Shown here: positions 52,801-54,625 of the stretch, one piece after another
Position numbering within the stretch: the first letter of the stretch is position 1
Layout of the letters: every line of letters begins with the position of its first letter
DNA from: Verrucomicrobiota bacterium
GTDB lineage: Bacteria > Verrucomicrobiota > Verrucomicrobiia > Limisphaerales > UBA9464
NCBI GenBank assembly: GCA_043755815.1
Contig: JAYUSF010000108.1
Location: 1 to 54,625 of the forward strand
Reading direction: 5' to 3'
DNA: 54,625 nucleotides
Notes under the pieces: model-generated
The model's database searches: none
What the model was told of the DNA's origin: nothing
The model's input: only the letters and a program-made list of their open reading frames with translations
Program-made: the position numbers and the translations under genes

Positions 52801-54236
52801 GGCACTGTAATGAAGATTCCTTGGCTAAGGTTGGTGAAAGACCCCGAACCGGTCACTTGGAGCTTAATCGCTCGGACTTGGTAAAGGAGGTTGGTGGCGC
52901 TGGTGGTGTCGGTGAAACTGAGTCCTGCCACGGGCGTTGAGTTCAACGGCGTGGTAAAGCCATCTAGACCGTTGGTGCTGCGATAGGCGAAGTAGCCACG
53001 GTTCGCGTCGGCCGAGGGATTCCAGGTCAGGGTTACGGTCGAACCGCTTCGGCTGGCCTTGACGCCACTTGGGGGAGTCACCCGATGTAGCCGAAGCGTG
53101 GGGTCGCCGAGGATGCTCTGGAAGCGTGGCACCCCATCTACGCCTTCCCAACCATGGGTCATGGTCATCGCCAAGGGAGCGCCACCGCCAAGCGGAGCGA
53201 AATCCCAAACGGGTCCACCCATCGTGGCCAAGCCGTAGTTGGTCCAGCCCAGTGACGCCCGGAGCCAGTTGTTGGTTCTGGCGAAGACATCAAACTGTCC
53301 AAGCCACGCCCAATCAGAAGCATACGAGAACCACACTTGGCGGAAGTGGACGGGGACCTCCTTGGTGGGATCAGCGAAGTTGGCGGCGTTATACTGGGCG
53401 CTAGAGCCCCAGAGGTTGACGTTGTTGAAGGTGCCGTCGGCGTAGGTCACGGCCAGGTCGGCCGGGGGCTGGTCCAGCAGGCCGGAGGCGTTGAACACCC
53501 GACCTGATTCCACGCCGAAAAGGGCCCCGCTGGCGCTCTGCGAGGCGTTGGCGCCCTGCGTCTCCGCGTAGTTGCCCAGGAGCGACGACACGCGGCCGAA
53601 GGTGGGCAGGCCATTCGTGCGGTAGCGCCCGTTCTTGGCGAGGTAGCGTTTGATGAGGTCCACCTCCGTGAGGCCAGAAAACACCGGCAGCCGGGCGAAG
53701 TCGAGCCGGCCCACGGCCAGGTCCGGCATTCCCGGCAGGTAGTTCTGGTCGAACTTGCCGTCGTTAGCCGGGTTGGCGCAGCAGTCACCACCCGAAACGG
53801 TGGAATTGGTGGCGTCGGTCCAGCCGGCCTTGATCAGGTAGCCGTAGTAGGCGTCCGCGCTCCAAGCGCCGAGATGATCGATGTGGCTGTCCTCAGCCCT
53901 GCTGCCGCTATAGGGAATGGTCACATGGCCCAGAATGAAGACCACGTTGGTGGTGCCGCTGACGGTGTTGCTGGAGATGAGGTTGACCACGTTGGTCAGG
54001 TTCAGGCGGTTGTTGGTCCAGGTCGAGTCGTCGTGGCGCGGCGCCACGGCCTGCTTCACGGTCCAGCCGTCGCCCACGAGATTGGTTCTGAGCACGGCCA
54101 ACTCGTTCGTCAACGAAGGTTCGAGCGTCGAATCCACGAGCAGAATCACATTGCCCCGCCGGTGCTGCGGCGCCATTTCGATCCCGGCGAAGAAGTGGCA
54201 GGGAAACCGGCCCGCTCTCTTGGCTGACTGTTGCAC
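52797..54236 (-). CDS. Secreted-type protein with gingipain/C25-like alpha/beta domain and C-terminal fibronectin-III-like domain, possibly 5'-truncated
   Basis: VILLVD, VFILGHVTIPYSG, ADAYYG, VGRLDF, ILGDPTLR, VTLTWN....GYFAYRS...FTD....YQVRA; no signal peptide. Confidence 0.65.
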   Translation of the reverse strand: MQQSAKRAGRFPCHFFAGIEMAPQHRRGNVILLVDSTLEPSLTNELAVLRTNLVGDGWTVKQAVAPRHDDSTWTNNRLNLTNVVNLISSNTVSGTTNVVFILGHVTIPYSGSRAEDSHIDHLGAWSADAYYGYLIKAGWTDATNSTVSGGDCCANPANDGKFDQNYLPGMPDLAVGRLDFARLPVFSGLTEVDLIKRYLAKNGRYRTNGLPTFGRVSSLLGNYAETQGANASQSASGALFGVESGRVFNASGLLDQPPADLAVTYADGTFNNVNLWGSSAQYNAANFADPTKEVPVHFRQVWFSYASDWAWLGQFDVFARTNNWLRASLGWTNYGLATMGGPVWDFAPLGGGAPLAMTMTHGWEGVDGVPRFQSILGDPTLRLHRVTPPSGVKASRSGSTVTLTWNPSADANRGYFAYRSTNGLDGFTTPLNSTPVAGLSFTDTTSATNLLYQVRAIKLQVTGSGSFTNLSQGIFITVP

Positions 54237-54625
54237 CTACCGCCGCCGGCCGAACCAGAGCACCGCGCCCAAACCCGCGCCGAACAAGGCCCACGTCTGC
54301 GGTTCCGGCACGGCGGGCAGCGGACTGAAACTGAGGTCGTCGAGGACGTGCATCTTGGCATTGGGCCAGCCGGGAACGGGGCCTCCATCCTGGCCCGGGT
54401 AGTTGCCGAAGCTGTAGAAATCGAAGCGGATTTCGGCGGTAGTGCCCGCGAGCAGACCCACGTCCACGGCGAAGTAATGCAGGTCGCCGATTTCCGGGTC
54501 GCCCGACGGGCGGTCTTCGGCGAAATGCACCAGCCGCTCCGCCCCGCCGACATACACCTTGAGGCTGTCGCCGTGGTAGAGGAAGCGCAGCGACTGCGAA
54601 CCCGCCGGGATGTCGCCCGTTTGCT
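54237..54625 (-). CDS. PEP-CTERM protein (copy B), 5' part beyond the window
   Basis: VPEPQTWALFGAGLGAVLWFGRRR; near-identical to copy A over the visible part. Confidence 0.9.
   Translation of the reverse strand, partial: QTGDIPAGSQSLRFLYHGDSLKVYVGGAERLVHFAEDRPSGDPEIGDLHYFAVDVGLLAGTTAEIRFDFYSFGNYPGQDGGPVPGWPNAKMHVLDDLSFSPLPAVPEPQTWALFGAGLGAVLWFGRRR
54290..54625. repeat. Direct repeat of ~52119-52454 (offset 2171 bp)
   Basis: Colinear, roughly 90% identical by eye, with long exact stretches. Confidence 0.9.

Noticed and set aside
52119-54625. DGR template/variable repeat pair
   Set aside because: Differences are largely synonymous and not adenine-specific; both copies are coding; no reverse transcriptase in the window.

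Overview
GC-rich bacterial DNA, probably Verrucomicrobiota (PVC superphylum). This is inferred from DUF1501 plus DUF1549/DUF1553 cytochrome-c gene pairs, PEP-CTERM proteins and NHL/BACON surface proteins. Left to right the window holds: an NHL/BACON repeat protein; four DUF1501 and three DUF1549/DUF1553 (PSCyt) genes interrupted by an IetAS (AAA ATPase plus S8 protease) module; a degenerate Fic-like toxin-antitoxin pair; and a ~12 kb defence island. In the island, a C-protein/C5-methyltransferase/MutL-like ATPase/Z1/DUF4420/AIPR (Mza-like) operon appears to have replaced the middle of an older Vsr/C/Dcm/MvaI-BcnI-type RM locus, and a VapBC pair is also present. The right part holds a hydrolase, TPR proteins, an ECF sigma module, a carbamoyltransferase/SxtJ/SxtK-like trio, polysaccharide genes and duplicated PEP-CTERM genes. 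The most unusual signal is a set of unrelated palindromic (REP-like) and heptamer elements inserted inside genes, or between coupled genes, that preserve the reading frame. Three cases stand out. (i) A DUF559 nuclease gene lies between two ~200-bp palindromic units repeated exactly 666 bp apart, antisense inside a stop-free 1.16-kb extension of a PSCyt frame. (ii) The same hairpin element, with different spacers, sits at the same codon position of two PSCyt paralogs. (iii) A REP-derived bridge ORF keeps two operon genes translationally coupled. All family assignments come from motif recognition by eye; no database searches were run.
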